From contig CAVVCZ010000006.1 of assembly GCA_963746845.1 (NCBI GenBank), positions 288,001-352,000 of the forward strand: a stretch of DNA of 64,000 nt. The letters are read 5' to 3'. Shown here piece after piece: positions 41,137-50,032 of this stretch (the stretch's first letter is position 1; every line of letters starts with the position of its first letter). The notes beneath the pieces were generated by a model. That model was not told the origin of the DNA. It made no database searches and worked only from the letters and a program-made list of their open reading frames with translations. Made by a program: the position numbers and the translations under genes. Source of the stretch: an uncultured Chloroflexia bacterium (lineage in GTDB: Bacteria > Chloroflexota > Limnocylindria > Limnocylindrales > CSP1-4).

Positions 41137-42966
41137 CTAGGCCTCCGCGATGACGCCGATCGAGATGCGGAACCCCGCGCGGCGCTGGAGCGGCGGCATC
41201 AGCGTGCCCTGACCGATCGGCGTGTCGCCCGGGAACCAGCGGACCCACTCCTGGTTGAACGCGTCGAACTCGGTCGGGTCGCGCAGCGACCAGTTCGCCC
41301 AGACGACCTTGTCGAGGGAGCTGCCGGCCGCCTCGAGCTTGGCCTTCAGGTTTGTCATGCACTGGCGGGCCTGGTCCTTGATCGCGTTGCTGACGACCTG
41401 GCCAGTCTCCGGGTTGATCGGACCGACGCTCGAGACGTAGACCATCCCGCCCGCGGCGACCGCTCGGCCCTGGCCGACCCGCAGCGCGGCGGCCAGCGCG
41501 GCGTGGGTGTCCTCCTCGCTCGAGCCCCAGCGACCCTTCATCGGCAGGGACGGCTTCGCCGGGTCCTCCGGTGGGATGCCGAACTCGCCCGGCGGCAGGT
41601 CCACCCCGTTCTTCCGGAACTGGGGCATGAACGTGGGGCGGATGCCGGTCGGCTGGAGCCGGCCCTCGATCTTGCCCTCGTCGTTGATCCCGGTCTGCTG
41701 GAACGCGAAGATGTCCTGGGTGAGGATCTCGTCGTCCTCGATCCCGTAGACCTCGGTGATGTTGACGACCTTCCGGGTCCCGTCCTTCAACCGGGCGGTG
41801 TGGACGATCAGGTCGACGGCCGAGGCGATCTGCTCGCGGATGGCGCGGAGCGGCAGCTGGTAGCCGGTCATCAGGACCATCGTCTCGAGCCGCCGGAGCA
41901 TGTCGTTCGGGCTGTTCGCGTGACCGGTCGAGAGCGACCCGTCGTGGCCGGTTGTCATCGCCTGAAGCATGTCCAGCGCCTCGCCGGACCGGCACTCCCC
42001 GACGATCACCCGGTCGGGCCGCATGTGCATCGCGTTCCGGAGAAGCTGGCGGATCGTGATCTCGCCCTCACCCTCGAGGTTCGGCGGGCGCGACTCCAGG
42101 GTGATCACGTGGTCCTGGCGGAGCTGGAGCTCGGCGGCGTCTTCGATCGTGACGATCCGCTCGTCATTCGGGATGAAGGACGACAGGACGTTGAGCGTCG
42201 TCGTCTTGCCGGAGCCGGTGCCGCCCGAGACGAACAGGTTCAGCCGGGCCTCGATGCAGGAGCGGAGGAACTCGAACATGTCGGGGGTCGCCGTCCCGAA
42301 CCGGATCAGGTCGTCGACGGTGTACGGCCTCGTCGCGAACTTGCGCACGGTGATGACCGGGCCGACGAGCGACAGCGGCTCGACGATCGCGTTGACGCGG
42401 GAGCCGTCGGGGAGGCGCGCGTCGACCCGCGGGCTCGTCTCGTCGATCCGCCGGCCCATCGGGGTGATGATCCGGTCGATGATCCGGAGGACGTGCTCGT
42501 CGTTCAGGAAGTGGCTGTCGATCTTCTGGATCTTGCCGCCGCGCTCGATGTAGACGTGGGTCGGCCCGTTGACCATCACCTCGGTGATCGACTCGTCGTG
42601 GAGCAGCGGCTCGAGCGGCCCGAAGCCCGTGACGTCGTCGGACAGCTCGTCGATCAGGCGGATCCGCTCGTCGCGGGTCACCGCGAAGCCGTCCTGTGCG
42701 ATGGTCCGGTCGACGATCGCCTCGATCGTCAGGCGCGCGTCCGTGTTCTTCTCGTCGAGCAGCGTGTCGAAGGCGTTCACGGCCTCGGCCTGGAGGCGAA
42801 GCCGGATCCCCAGCAGCAGCTCCTCGCGCGCCGCGCTCCGAACCGGAGACGGTGGCATGACGGGCGCGGGCGGCGGCGTGACGGGCGGAGGCGGCGTGCC
42901 CGCATTCGTCGAATTTGCCAGCTCCGCGGCCTGCTGCGCCCGTTCCACGCGCCGGAGCAGGGACAT
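41137..42966 (-). CDS. CpaF/TadA secretion ATPase fused to a C-terminal RidA/YjgF-like domain
   Basis: GFGPLEPLL, EVMVNG, DARLPDGSRVN, SGGTGSGKTT, IEDAAEL, MRPDRVIVGECR, TGHDGSLSTGH; the last ~115 aa follow the Rid-family pattern. Confidence 0.92.
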   Translation of the reverse strand: MSLLRRVERAQQAAELANSTNAGTPPPPVTPPPAPVMPPSPVRSAAREELLLGIRLRLQAEAVNAFDTLLDEKNTDARLTIEAIVDRTIAQDGFAVTRDERIRLIDELSDDVTGFGPLEPLLHDESITEVMVNGPTHVYIERGGKIQKIDSHFLNDEHVLRIIDRIITPMGRRIDETSPRVDARLPDGSRVNAIVEPLSLVGPVITVRKFATRPYTVDDLIRFGTATPDMFEFLRSCIEARLNLFVSGGTGSGKTTTLNVLSSFIPNDERIVTIEDAAELQLRQDHVITLESRPPNLEGEGEITIRQLLRNAMHMRPDRVIVGECRSGEALDMLQAMTTGHDGSLSTGHANSPNDMLRRLETMVLMTGYQLPLRAIREQIASAVDLIVHTARLKDGTRKVVNITEVYGIEDDEILTQDIFAFQQTGINDEGKIEGRLQPTGIRPTFMPQFRKNGVDLPPGEFGIPPEDPAKPSLPMKGRWGSSEEDTHAALAAALRVGQGRAVAAGGMVYVSSVGPINPETGQVVSNAIKDQARQCMTNLKAKLEAAGSSLDKVVWANWSLRDPTEFDAFNQEWVRWFPGDTPIGQGTLMPPLQRRAGFRISIGVIAEA

Positions 42967-43185
42967 CAGGAGACCTCCCCTCGGTCACCGATCATGCTGA
43001 TGAGCGTCATTTCGTTCGAGCGAGGCCGATAAGCGGGCCGCGCCCTGGCTGGGTACTGGCGGAGCATAACCCGAAGGTACGGGCCCCTCGTTGCGCGCCG
43101 TCAACCTTGATTGCAGGAGCCTTCCGGGACCCTCCCGCGGATCGATCCGGGCACGCTGCTGCGCTATACTCCGCGCTCCGGCTGT

Positions 43186-43261
<76 letters not shown>

Positions 43262-43309
43262 ATACCCCATCGCTGACCCATCGCTGCACCGGCGACGCCG
43301 ACCATCCAC

Positions 43310-43344
43310 GACCCCCTGCCGGCCCGGCGGGGGGTTCGTTCGTT
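43310..43344 (+). terminator. Hairpin between tRNA-Ala and leuS
   Basis: accccctgccg-gcc-cggcggggggt followed by tcgttcgtt. Confidence 0.5.
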
Positions 43345-43366
43345 CAACCTGGAGCCTGACCCGCCG

Positions 43367-45943
43367 ATGACCGTCCAGGACCCCGGCCCGAACCCGCACC
43401 CAAGCCGCTCCGCGCGGGTCGAGCGATACGACCCGGCAGCGATCGAGCCGCGCTGGCAGCGGCGCTGGGAGGAGCTCGGCCTGTACCGGACGGACCTGAC
43501 CGACACGTCCCGGCCGAAGTTCTACCTGCTCACGATGTATCCGTACCCGTCGGGCGACCTCCATATCGGTCACTGGTACATCAAGACCCCGACCGATGCG
43601 CTCGCCCGGTTCCACCGGATGCACGGCGAGAACGTGTTCCTGCCGATCGGGTTCGACGCGTTCGGGTTGCCGGCGGAGAACGCCGCGATCAAGAACAACA
43701 TCAACCCGCGCGACTGGACGATGGCGAACATCGACAACATGCGCCGGCAGCTCCGGTCGATGGGCGCGACGTTCGACTGGGAGGCGGAGGTCGTCACCGC
43801 CGATCCCGAGTACTACCGCTGGAACCAGTGGTTCTTCCTCCGGTTCCTCGAGGCCGGGCTGGCCTATCGCCAGACCTCCACGGTCGACTGGTGCCCGAAC
43901 GACGGCACGCTCGCCCGCGAGCAGGTCGAGGGCGCGGATCGCCACTGCTGGCGGTGCGGGGCGAAGGTCGAGAAGCGCGACCTGCCCCAGTGGTACCTGC
44001 GGGTCACGAACTACGCGGACGAGCTGCTCGACTTCACGGGTCTCGACTGGCCCGAGCCGATCAAGACGCAGCAGACGAACTGGATCGGTCGGAGCGAGGG
44101 CGGCGAGATCGTGTTCGAGACGGCCCCGTCCGGCCACCACGCCGGCGGTGACGAGCTGCGGGTCTTCACGACCCGCCCGGACACGCTGTTCGGCGCGACG
44201 TTCATGGTCCTCGCTCCGGAGCATCCGCTCGTCACGGCGCTGACCGCGCCGGAGCGGTCCGCCGAGGTCGGCGCGTACGTCGCCCAGGCCGCCGCGCGGA
44301 CGGAGATCGACCGGCTCTCGACGGACCGCGAGAAGACGGGCGTTCCGATCGGGGCCGATGCGATCAACCCCATCAACGGGGAGCGGATCCCGATCTTCGT
44401 CGCGGACTATGTGCTGGGCGGCTACGGCACCGGCGCGATCATGGCCGTCCCGGCCCACGACGAGCGCGACTACGCGTTCGCGCAGAAGTTCGGCCTGCCG
44501 ATCCGGCGCGTCGTCGCGGCGCCCGGGGACGAGGAGCGCGACCTCATCGATGGTGCCTACATCGCCCATTCGGCCGGGGAGCGGCTGGTCAACAGCGGGC
44601 CGTACTCCGGGCTGTCCGCCGACGAGGGCGGCGCGGCGATCGTGTCGGCGCTCGAGGCCCAGGGAAAGGGTCGCGCCGCCATCACCTACCGGTTGCGCGA
44701 CTGGCTGATCAGCCGCCAGCGCTACTGGGGCACCCCGATCCCGGTGATCTACTGCCCGGACGACGGCATCGTGCCCGTGCCCGACGAGGACCTGCCGGTC
44801 CGGCTGCCCGACACCGTCGATTACCGGGGCAGCGGCGAGAACCCGCTCAATCGTGACGAGGCCTTCCTGAACGTCGCCTGCCCGAAGTGCGGCGGCCCCG
44901 CCCGACGCGAGACCGACACGATGGACACGTTCATGGACTCGTCCTGGTACTGGTTCCGGTATCTGTCGCCCGAGAAGGCCGGCTCCGCCTTCGACCGTTC
45001 CATGGCGCAGCGCTGGACCCCGGTCGACCAGTACACCGGCGGTGCCGAGCACGCCGTCATGCACCTGCTCTACGCCCGCGAGTTCACGAAGATGATGCGC
45101 GACGTCGGCCTGCTGGACCAGGACGAGCCGTTCCGGCGGCTGTTCAACCAGGGCCAGATCCTCGGGATGGACGGCGAGCGGATGTCCAAGTCCCGCGGCA
45201 ACGTCGTCGACCCCGACGACCTGGTCGCACGGTACGGCGCGGACACGGTCCGCCTGTTCCTGATGTTCATGGGCCCGTGGGACCAGGGCGGCCCGTGGAG
45301 TCCCACGGGGATCGGCGGCGTCCACCGCTTCCTGAACCGGCTCTGGACGATCGCGCTGGACCCGCACGGCCGCGAGCCGGGCGACCCGGAGGCCGGATCC
45401 CTGCCGGCCGGCGAGGACGAGGCCGCCGCCCGGGCGGCGATCCGGCAGGCCGCCCATCGGACGCTGCGCGACGTCACCGCTGACTACGAGGCATTCCATT
45501 TCAACACGATGATCGCGAAGCTCATGGAGCTCGCGAACCTGCTGATGCGGTACCGCGGCACGGTCGCCGCCGGCACGACCGAGTGGGACGAGGCGGTCCG
45601 GCTCGCGCTCCTGATGCTGGCGCCCGCGGCTCCCCACATCACCGAGGAGCTGTGGTCGCGGCGGCTCAAGGCGAGCGCGACGACGTGGTCATCCATCCAT
45701 ACGGCGCGGTGGCCGGAGGTCGACGCCGCCGCCATCGTCGAGGCGACCCGCGAGGTGCCGGTCCAGGTCAACGGCAAGCTCCGCGACCGGATCACCGTCC
45801 CGTCGGACATCTCCGCGGCCGATCTCGAGGCGGCGGCCCTCGCGAGCGAGCGGATCCACGGGATCCTCGAGGGTCGAACACCGCTGCGGGTCATCGTCGC
45901 GGGCGGCGGCCGGCTCGTGAACATCGTCGTTCGCGACGCCTGA
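43367..45943 (+). CDS. leuS: Leucine--tRNA ligase
   Basis: MYPYPSGDLHIGH, GFDAFGLPAENAA, FTTRPDT, DWLISRQRYWGTPIP, RMSKS, VQVNGKLR. Confidence 0.98.
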   Translation: MTVQDPGPNPHPSRSARVERYDPAAIEPRWQRRWEELGLYRTDLTDTSRPKFYLLTMYPYPSGDLHIGHWYIKTPTDALARFHRMHGENVFLPIGFDAFGLPAENAAIKNNINPRDWTMANIDNMRRQLRSMGATFDWEAEVVTADPEYYRWNQWFFLRFLEAGLAYRQTSTVDWCPNDGTLAREQVEGADRHCWRCGAKVEKRDLPQWYLRVTNYADELLDFTGLDWPEPIKTQQTNWIGRSEGGEIVFETAPSGHHAGGDELRVFTTRPDTLFGATFMVLAPEHPLVTALTAPERSAEVGAYVAQAAARTEIDRLSTDREKTGVPIGADAINPINGERIPIFVADYVLGGYGTGAIMAVPAHDERDYAFAQKFGLPIRRVVAAPGDEERDLIDGAYIAHSAGERLVNSGPYSGLSADEGGAAIVSALEAQGKGRAAITYRLRDWLISRQRYWGTPIPVIYCPDDGIVPVPDEDLPVRLPDTVDYRGSGENPLNRDEAFLNVACPKCGGPARRETDTMDTFMDSSWYWFRYLSPEKAGSAFDRSMAQRWTPVDQYTGGAEHAVMHLLYAREFTKMMRDVGLLDQDEPFRRLFNQGQILGMDGERMSKSRGNVVDPDDLVARYGADTVRLFLMFMGPWDQGGPWSPTGIGGVHRFLNRLWTIALDPHGREPGDPEAGSLPAGEDEAAARAAIRQAAHRTLRDVTADYEAFHFNTMIAKLMELANLLMRYRGTVAAGTTEWDEAVRLALLMLAPAAPHITEELWSRRLKASATTWSSIHTARWPEVDAAAIVEATREVPVQVNGKLRDRITVPSDISAADLEAAALASERIHGILEGRTPLRVIVAGGGRLVNIVVRDA

Positions 45944-45947
45944 CACG

Positions 45948-46367
45948 ATGCCGCACGTCCGCGAGCGCGGGGAGCCGGAGGACGAAACCGCGTCGGCGAC
46001 GCTCGAGGCGGACATCGACCGCCTGCTCACCGCGCATGCGCCGGAGCTCCAGGCGATCGAGCGGGCGCTCCGCGCATCGATCGAGGCGCTCGAGCCCGCG
46101 ATCGTCGTCCAGGTCGACTTCGGCAACAAGCTGATCGCGTTCGGGCGCTCGATGAAGATGCGCGGGCTCCTGTTCGCGGTGATCGCCCACACGACGTGGG
46201 TCAACCTCCAGCTCGCCGACGGCGCGGAGCTGCCCGATCCCGACGGGCTCATCGAGGGCACCGGCAAGCGGATCCGCCACGTCAAGATCCGATCGGTCGA
46301 GATGGCGTCGTCCGCCCCCGTCGTGGCGATCATGCGGGCGCAGCTCGCCGCCCGCCCGGTGGGCTGA
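45948..46367 (+). CDS. DUF1801 (YdhG-like) domain protein
   Basis: VNLQLADGAELPDPDGLIEGTGKRIRHVKI. Confidence 0.85.
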   Translation: MPHVRERGEPEDETASATLEADIDRLLTAHAPELQAIERALRASIEALEPAIVVQVDFGNKLIAFGRSMKMRGLLFAVIAHTTWVNLQLADGAELPDPDGLIEGTGKRIRHVKIRSVEMASSAPVVAIMRAQLAARPVG

Positions 46368-46371
46368 GGGC

Positions 46372-46782
46372 ATGGTGCCGGCGCGCGGGATCGCGACCGT
46401 CTCGTGGGGGCCGGGGCGGATCGATCGCTTCTGGATCGGCCCGGACGGTGATCTCATTCACGCGGCGTTCGACGACGGAGCGTGGGGCGCGGACGAGAGC
46501 CTCGGCGGCAGCCTCGCGGGGACCCCGGGCGTGACGGCGTGGGGCCCGGACCAGCTCGAGGTCTTCGCGGTGTTCCGGGACGGCCAGCTCTGGGACCGCT
46601 ACTGGGACGGGATCAGCTGGCACCCATGGGAGTCGCTCGGCGGCGAGCTCGACCCCGCCGGCGGCGCTTCGGCGTCGTCATGGTCGGGCGACCGGATCGA
46701 CGTCTGGGCGGTCGGTCGCGACGGTCGGACATGGCACCGCCTGTGGGACGGTGCCCGCTGGGTGGAGTGGGAGCAGCTCTAG
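46372..46782 (+). CDS. Three-repeat beta-propeller-blade protein (fucose-lectin/PLL-like repeats)
   Basis: Three repeats of [SA]W..xx[IL][DE].[FW]...DG..WH..[WF]DG..W...ESLGG. Confidence 0.75.
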   Translation: MVPARGIATVSWGPGRIDRFWIGPDGDLIHAAFDDGAWGADESLGGSLAGTPGVTAWGPDQLEVFAVFRDGQLWDRYWDGISWHPWESLGGELDPAGGASASSWSGDRIDVWAVGRDGRTWHRLWDGARWVEWEQL

Positions 46783-46807
46783 GACGCGGCCGCCTGTGCC
46801 GCGGTCG

Positions 46808-47455
46808 TCAGGCCGCCGGGGTCGTCTCCTCGACGTCCTTCTGGCGGGCCCGATGGCGGCGGGCCTTCGCCCGGTTGCCACACGTCGCCATGTCGCACCA
46901 GCGCCGCTGGCCTGACCGGGACTCGTCGTAGAAGATCCAGCGACAGGTGTCGCTCGCGCAGATCCGGAAACGCGCGTCGTGACCATCGCCGATCTCGCGG
47001 ACGATCGGCTCGGCGATCCGGGCCAGGGCATCGTCGATCGCGTCGCCGGTGTGGCTGTGGCCGAGACGGACACCGTCCTGTGCGGCGACGAGCTCGATCC
47101 GCTCGCGTCCCGCCAGGGCCCGATTGACCTCCTCGACGGCGGCCGGTTCGGCGCGCTCGTCATGGGCGACCGAGTGGGCGACGTCGCGCAGGGCCGTCCG
47201 GGCGCGGACGAGCCGAGCCAGCGCCGCGTCGCGGCCCGGCGGCCGGCGTCCGATGTGCGTGATCCGTCGCGCGTCGTCGATCACGCCGTGCTCCGCCAGC
47301 CAGGCGGCGGCAGCGTCCAGGGAGGTCAGCCGCTCGACCAGTGCACCGCCCTCGAGCTCGAGCGTGTTCAGGAAGTCGAACGCGGTCTCGAGTGGCAGCG
47401 GCCGGTGGACGTGGTCTGTCTTCGGCGGTCGATGCGCCGGTGTTGCCTGCATCAC
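46808..47455 (-). CDS. CGNR zinc finger / ABATE domain protein
   Basis: FDFLNT N-terminus; C...C.W.FYD.SRSGQRRWCDMATCGNRAKARRHR. Confidence 0.93.
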   Translation of the reverse strand: MMQATPAHRPPKTDHVHRPLPLETAFDFLNTLELEGGALVERLTSLDAAAAWLAEHGVIDDARRITHIGRRPPGRDAALARLVRARTALRDVAHSVAHDERAEPAAVEEVNRALAGRERIELVAAQDGVRLGHSHTGDAIDDALARIAEPIVREIGDGHDARFRICASDTCRWIFYDESRSGQRRWCDMATCGNRAKARRHRARQKDVEETTPAA

Positions 47456-47456
47456 A

Positions 47457-47537
47457 TAACCACTGTAAATCACTTGACAGGTTACGCGCAAGAGGGTAGT
47501 CTTCGGCAGTAACCAGAAGAACCGCAAATACCGGTTA
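47457..47537. promoter_or_regulatory. Divergent promoter region with two TAACC-N18-GGTTA inverted repeats
   Basis: Repeats at 47457-47484 and 47510-47537; TTGACA(47474)-17 nt-TAGTCT(47497) on the + strand. Confidence 0.75.
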
Positions 47538-47559
47538 CGGATCAGGACGGGAGAGCCCG

Positions 47560-47688
47560 ATGGAAGCACTGGCACTGATCACGGCCATCCTCGTCGGCCT
47601 CGTCGGACTCGACCTCGCCGCCATCCGCTGGGGCACCGACAGCCGCGAGCGGACGCGGGAGCAGGACGCGTCCTGGCCGATCCACTGA
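47560..47688 (+). CDS. Small membrane peptide with RWGxDSR motif (42 aa)
   Basis: Manual translation MEALALITAILVGLVGLDLAAIRWGTDSRERTREQDASWPIH; GGGAG RBS; clear promoter. Confidence 0.7.
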   Translation: MEALALITAILVGLVGLDLAAIRWGTDSRERTREQDASWPIH

Positions 47689-47708
47689 CACGCAGACCGG
47701 AGATCCAC

Positions 47709-47909
47709 ATGTACAGCCACTACCTCTTCATCGCCCTCGACATCGCGGGCCAGCGGGCAGCCGAGGCCAGCCAGCACCGGCTCGCCGAGACCGCCCACCA
47801 CGACGCTGCGCGGGTCAACCCCATTCGCCGGTTGGTCGCGCGGACTGCGGTCGCGGTCGCTCGCGTCGCCGACGAGACCGCGATCCATCATTCGCCGACC
47901 GCGGCCTGA
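47709..47909 (+). CDS. Small hypothetical protein (66 aa)
   Basis: GGAGA RBS, host-like codons, follows the 42-aa peptide. Confidence 0.7.
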   Translation: MYSHYLFIALDIAGQRAAEASQHRLAETAHHDAARVNPIRRLVARTAVAVARVADETAIHHSPTAA

Positions 47910-47936
47910 GCGCCGCGGTGCGGCGCATCCGCGGCC

Positions 47937-48827
47937 TCAGCGAGCCGCGGCGAGATCGGTCACCGCGAACACCATCCGGCAGTCCTTCGACGGCGCCTGG
48001 ACGTCGTCGGAGTCGGCCATCGTGCAGTTCGCCGCGGCGGGATGATCGAAGACGCCGGTGACGGTGACCACCTGTCCGACGGGCAGGGTCGCGGGATGCC
48101 GACCGTCGGGATCCAGGTGGAGGATCAGCCAGTCGCCGGGATCCCGTGGCGGACCCGTGCGACCGGGCTCGACGAGGAGCGGCGGGTTGCCACTTCCCAG
48201 GGTGAACCAGCTGGGTGACGACGGAGGGCCGTCGATGTCGCAGTTGCAATCGGCCAGGCGCGCCCGGATCGTGATCGGCACCTTCGGGTAGCAGGCGAGG
48301 CCGACGCCCGGCGCTAGGGCGGTCAGCTCGACGACGCTCGTCGGCAGCGGCGGGCAGTCGAACGATCCAGGAGCGAGCCACGGCTCGTTCGTCCGGCTCG
48401 CGACCGCCACCCACCCTTCGTGGAGCGTGGGCGAGGTCATCGGGACGACCTGGACCCAGTCGTAGTCGGATGCCGTGACCGGACCGTCGAGGACGTACAC
48501 CGGGGTCCCCTTCGGCAGGAGCGGGTCGTATTTGAACGAGTCGTCGCTGACCCGGGGCTGCGACCGGACCCGGAGCCCGTCGACGACCGTGACGGCGACC
48601 GTGCCGGCCTTCACGGCCGCGGGAACGCTCGGTGCCGGCGTCGGCGCGGGCCCCTCGGACGTCGCCGGAGACGTATCGGCGGTTGCCGGGGCCGTCGATG
48701 TGGTGACGGACGGGGTCGCGGGTGGCGTGGAGGCCGACGACGGGCTGGCGATCGACATCCGGCAGCCCGCGACGAGCGCGATGGCGCCCAGGAGGGTGAT
48801 CACGCCTCGGCGGTTCGAGCCGATCAT
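47937..48827 (-). CDS. Putative lipoprotein with SH3-like domain and Cys-rich C-terminal domain
   Basis: LVAGC lipobox, S/T/P linker, DGLRVRSQP...W.QV...GWVA. Confidence 0.75.
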   Translation of the reverse strand: MIGSNRRGVITLLGAIALVAGCRMSIASPSSASTPPATPSVTTSTAPATADTSPATSEGPAPTPAPSVPAAVKAGTVAVTVVDGLRVRSQPRVSDDSFKYDPLLPKGTPVYVLDGPVTASDYDWVQVVPMTSPTLHEGWVAVASRTNEPWLAPGSFDCPPLPTSVVELTALAPGVGLACYPKVPITIRARLADCNCDIDGPPSSPSWFTLGSGNPPLLVEPGRTGPPRDPGDWLILHLDPDGRHPATLPVGQVVTVTGVFDHPAAANCTMADSDDVQAPSKDCRMVFAVTDLAAAR

Positions 48828-48990
48828 CGATGCCTCTCGTGACGACAGTCGCACGTAGGACGCCGTCGACCCGGGCATGTTACGGCCGGCCAGGTCACCG
48901 ACCGCAATGGGCAAATCGCCAGCCACGGCGGGGGCGTTCCTCGGGCGCGGTGATCGATACTGCAACGATCGATGACCGGAGGGAGGAGAC

Positions 48991-49830
48991 GTGCCGCTGT
49001 TCATGGATCGCCACGACCTGCCCGGCGTCACGGCCGCGCAAGTGGCCCACATGCATCTCCTCGACCTGCCGGTGTCGGCCCGCCACGACGTTCATTTCCT
49101 CTCGTACTGGTTCGACGCCGCTGCCGGAGCCGCATTCTGCCTGGCCCGGGCTCCCGCTCCCGAGGCGCTGGCGGCGGTCCATCGCGAGTCCCACGGGCAG
49201 GTCCCCAACAGGATCATCGCGGTCGACGAAGCGAGCATCCTCAGGTTCCTGGGCAGGATCGAAGAGCCCGTCGACCCGGCCAGCGTCACGAGCCCGTTTC
49301 GCACCATCCTGTTCACGGACCTCGAGAGCTCGACGTCCTTGCTGTCCGAGCTGGGTGAGTCCGCGTACATGGCGTTGCTCGACGAGCACGACCTGATCAT
49401 CCGACGCGCCCTGGTGGCCAGGAGCGGCCGCGAGGTGAAGCACACTGGCGACGGCGTCATGGCCTCGTTCGACGACGTTGCACGTGCGTTGGCGTGCGCG
49501 ATCGACATCCGCGACAGGCTCGATGACCGCAACGGATCGCGTGGAGCGCCAGCCTTGCTGGTCCGCATCGGTATGGCAGCGGGCGAGCCTGTCGACCGCG
49601 ACGACGACCTGTTCGGTACGACGGTGAACCTGGCCAGTCGCATCTGCAACGCTGCCCACGGAGGCCAGATCCTCGTCTCGGAGCTCGTGCGCGAACTCGG
49701 GATCAAGGAAGGCTTTGCCTTCACTCCGGCCGGAGCAAGGATCCTGAAGGGATTCCCCGGCTCGATTGCCCTCTTCCAGCTGGATCGGCTGGCCCCGGCA
49801 AGCCGTGACCGGGCGAGTCCTCCGACATGA
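48991..49830 (+). CDS. DUF4242 (SCO4226-like) domain fused to a class III adenylate cyclase
   Basis: MPLFMDRH..AHMH..YW..FCL..AP..VHRESHG; ILFTDLESST, VKHTGDG, DLFGTTVNLASR. Confidence 0.9.
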   Translation: MPLFMDRHDLPGVTAAQVAHMHLLDLPVSARHDVHFLSYWFDAAAGAAFCLARAPAPEALAAVHRESHGQVPNRIIAVDEASILRFLGRIEEPVDPASVTSPFRTILFTDLESSTSLLSELGESAYMALLDEHDLIIRRALVARSGREVKHTGDGVMASFDDVARALACAIDIRDRLDDRNGSRGAPALLVRIGMAAGEPVDRDDDLFGTTVNLASRICNAAHGGQILVSELVRELGIKEGFAFTPAGARILKGFPGSIALFQLDRLAPASRDRASPPT

Positions 49831-50032
49831 AGCGGGAGCCGGGCTGCCTCTCACCGCGTTGGGGTTCCGTGGTAACTGCCAGATAAGTCCCGCTCGCTAG
49901 AGTCCGGTCAGACGCCTCGCCGACGTCGGAAGTGCCCCCAACGTCGCGAGGCGTCGGCTCGTTCGCGGGTGTGAGCCGCCGAGCGCCGCCACGAACTGAA
50001 CACCCGCCGCACCGCCCGCCGTGGGAGGACCG

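Noticed and set aside
43262-43366. T-box riboswitch before leuS
   Set aside because: Only ~105 nt and no AGGGTGGNACCGCG T-box sequence; just one hairpin.
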